The notes beneath the pieces are model-generated. The model did not search any database and was not told the DNA's origin. It saw only the letters and a program-made list of their open reading frames with translations. From Nemertoderma westbladi (Eukaryota > Animalia > Xenacoelomorpha): 33,834 bases of DNA. The stretch lies in NCBI GenBank assembly GCA_032718475.1, contig JAUCBJ010001633.1, forward strand, positions 1-33,834, given 5' to 3'. The stretch's first letter is position 1, and each line of letters starts with the position of its first letter. A program made the position numbers and the translations under genes. Shown here piece after piece: positions 30,501 to 33,834 of this stretch.

Positions 30501-33500
30501 AAGTATACGATACAACCATGACAGTATAGTTCGTTTCCAGTGTGCTTCCAAAGGGTTCCACTGGGACTAGATGGGACCGATACACCTACAATTACAAACT
30601 CAAAATGGATGGTTCCCCGATGTGGACTCATTTAGAAGTTTCTTGAAGGCCGAGACCTCTACGTATCTTATCAGAGTAAGCCGGGAAAGAAGCACCCACT
30701 CAGACACAAAGAACACTGAAAAGACAGCAACCAAGAAGCGATACGCTTATGTCACCAATTAAGAAGAGTGTCCCTCTGATCACTCTAGTTCAGGCACAAA
30801 GGGATGTGAAAGCATATATTACGGCGACATAAACTCCAGAGGTGAGAATAAATATAGCAGCCAGGGAAAGCCAAATAAGATGACACCTCCTCCCAAGGCT
30901 AATAGCACCCCCAAGAAAGCATATGTGGATAACCATAAGTAGAACCACGAAGACCTATAATACAACCACGGCCAGCACCACAAACCTTAAGTGCCCTCTT
31001 TGTAAAATAGACACACATCCACTTACGAAATGCAACACCTTCCTAAAAAAGACACTAAAGGAAAGACGACAGACGGCTTTGGAATTGTCGACATGCTTCT
31101 TGTGTCTTAGACCGGGACATTTGCGACGTAAATGTAGACTAATAAATGCAAAAACGTGTCCGGTGTGTTTGGGCTCCCATCACCCCTTGTTACACCTAGA
31201 CCAAGCCCTTGAAGGGAGAAATAGATCAACGTGTACACTTCACCGATTGTGAGACAGACTCATCTGTTGAAGGACCGGATGCATTCTACCCTGGAGAGTT
31301 TACAGACGACGATGAATGCTGTAACCATGTCAGTGTGTATGAAGCCTTTACCTATGAGGAACCCATATCAGAAGATTGTCTCAAAATTGAGAACAATCCC
31401 AATACCCGGTCATTTCAGGATACCATAGTCAGAGAGTTTCCGGTGCTCCAAGTCTGGCTCCATGCACGAAGTAGCAGCGTCGTGGTAAATGCCTTAATGG
31501 ACACAGGAAGTATGGGCACCTTCATAGATGCAGAGTTAGCAGAATCCTTGTTCGCCAGGGAACGGGACCATGACATGAAATTAACGTTATCTAGGATAAT
31601 GAAACGTTGGCAATCTACAATTGAGACAAAGTACTATAAGGCATCCCTGTCCAACCCGCAAGATACCAGTGGCCGGGATAGGGTCTCCAACATCAAAATG
31701 GTCATCATCTGGAATTTTTGCCAAAAGTCAGGCCAAGGCCTATGACTGGGATGATGACGCCCTTGTACATAATCATAATATTCCCCGTTTCACCCCGCAC
31801 TACCCAGGCATACAGATGTTAATAGGCCAAAATGTACCCGAGTCATTAGAAATTCTGGAGAAACGACCCAGACATCCAGAACCAATGTCAGCCTATGCCT
31901 GTCGGACAAGAGTGGGATGGTTCTGTACCGGGCCTTCCCGGAAAACTCTATTAGAGCGAAAAGGACCAACAAATACAGACACCGACACTTGCAATTTAGT
32001 AACCCACCTTTGCAATAAGATCATAGAGACAGAAGAGGACGTCTTGACTACCCCTGACCAAACCAACAGTGATAGTGACACACCCCTGTCCTCAGACCAA
32101 GACTGTTTCCTTACTAGGTACAGTGAACCTGATATTGTGTCCCCAATGACTGACCAAGAATTGCTTAGCACCCAGTTGGAGTTGTGTAATTTACTACACG
32201 CACTTCCTGACCTACAGCAAGAACTGAGCGAGCTCGAGGAAGCCAGGCGTCTTTTAAAACTAGAGCATGCCGTCACCTAGATGCAGCAAGAGATACTTGA
32301 GAAAAACTCCAATGACAAGGCATTGTCAGTGGAAAAGGAGTGAGCAAAACAGATTCAGAGAACCACTACCAGGTTTTTGCCGGAACAAGGCAAATACTAA
32401 GTGGGGCTTATCTGGTGGTCCCCCCAACCCAAGCTATTTAATAATGAGATGCTTGCGCATAAATGCTTTTTACAGCTAGAAAGGCGTCTCGCTGCCAACC
32501 CGACAGCTCATGTGTTATATAAAGAGCAAATGACTAAGTTCATAAGCAAGGGATATGCGGAACTGGTCCCACCAGACACCCCCAAGACTGACCGGACATA
32601 CTACCTTACTCACCATTACGTCGAATGGGAAGACAAACCAGGACGTATTAGGGTAGTGTTCGACGGTTCGGCTAAGTACCAAGGAAAATCCCTTAACTTG
32701 GAACTACTACCCGGAACCAACTTGTTGCAGTCTCTACCCGGAATATTAATGCGTAGGCGACAATATGCCATCGCCTTCGCTTCAGACATAGAGGGTATGT
32801 TCCTGCAAGTGAAAGCTTTAGACATTAACCGGGCAGCATGCGTTTCTTGTGGTGGACAGAAGGAGACTTAAATTCTGATCCAGTAGAGTATCGCATGACC
32901 ATTCAAGCATTCGGTATCATTTCCAGCCCATCGAACTCAGGTCCAGTGCTATATCGAACAGCTGATGACCATCGGGATGAATTTCCACCATCCATCATAG
33001 ATAATATCAAAAGGGATATTTACATGGACGATAACTTGAAATCAGCTCCAACAGTCTAGGAAGCCATAGACATAGCTCAAGGGACGGTAAACTGCCTGAA
33101 ACTTGGAGGATTTCGCCTGACGAAATTCACTAGCAATTCCCGCGAGTTTCTAAAATCCATACCCCCCGCCGAGCATGGTGATAACGAGCTAGACTTAAAC
33201 AAGTACGACCTGTCAGAGACTAAGACGTTAGGACTTCGTTGGCTAACAGATAGCAAAACTATGGTATTCGAAGTTACGTTAAGAAAGGGTGAAACTCGAG
33301 CCAAACGCATTTGCCTCAGCATACTTAGCACTTATTTCGACCCTCTAGGATTTATCAGCCCAGTTATATAACTGGCTCGAGATCTCATTCAGCGAATGTG
33401 GAAGGAGAATGATAGTTGGGACGACCCCTTGACAGGGACACTATTGCAAGACTGGTGGCGATGGGAACGGTCCTTGCCTGACTTGGAGAAGTGTTCCCTA

Positions 33501-33834
33501 CGTAGAGCATATTTCCCAAATGTAGACTCCCTGCAAGCCTACAAACTCCATATATTCGGTGATGCAAGCGGCAAGGGCGTCGTGATTGTAGCTTTCTTTA
33601 GATGCGAAACCCCGAATGGTATCACAGTAGCTTTAGTTGCTTCGAAGGCCCTTATAAGACCAATTGCCAAAACCAAAGACACTTTGACTATACCCAGAGC
33701 CGAACTTAAGGCAGCTGTAAACGCACCATCATTGCTAAAAACGTGTTGGCACAGACAGACTATACAGTAGTAAGGACAGTTTACTGGACAGACGCTGCGT
33801 TAGTTTTAGAATATCTGACCAACACGACATGCCA
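27534..33834 (+). mobile_element. BEL/Pao LTR retrotransposon internal region (gag-protease-RT-RNase H), decayed, cut by window end
   Basis: DUF1759-like KFDGDKLKWLPF..EKLRYI..LEG (~30180). Triple knuckle CPLC..H..C / CFLCLRPGH..C / CPVCLGSHHPLLH (~30990-31195). Protease LMDTGS. RT YLTHHYV, RIRVVFDGSAK..GKSLN, DIEGMFLQV, RFLW, YMDD. RNase H HIFGDAS, TIPRAELKAA. Many stops and frameshifts. Probable start ATG at 27534. Confidence 0.93.

Overview
AT-rich eukaryotic (probably invertebrate animal) DNA made almost entirely of nested transposable elements and tandem repeats. I recognise no host gene, rRNA, intact tRNA or CRISPR array. In order: a decayed CR1/L2-group LINE (ORF1 remnant plus PHD-APE-RT ORF2) ending at a 26x34-bp minisatellite; a tRNA-Ala-like SINE fragment; a 5'-truncated RTE LINE with a 611-bp internal duplication; a short RTE 3' fragment of another family with a 9-bp TSD; a Helentron/HINE-like element with a 1.5-kb tandem duplication; a 5'-truncated CRE-like RLE LINE inside a diverged inverted repeat; a possible solo LTR; a near-intact Ngaro-like tyrosine-recombinase retrotransposon; an RT-deleted CRE-like LINE with both ends and a 14-bp TSD; and a decayed BEL/Pao LTR element running off the window. 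The most unusual feature is the Ngaro-like element (~17.5-24 kb). Its gag, pol and YR do not overlap, the YR is on the opposite strand, a ~20-unit 41-bp hairpin array lies between gag and pol, a small hydrophobic ORF lies upstream, and the RT palm has a Cys-rich insertion. All family calls come from motif recognition by eye, not database searches.
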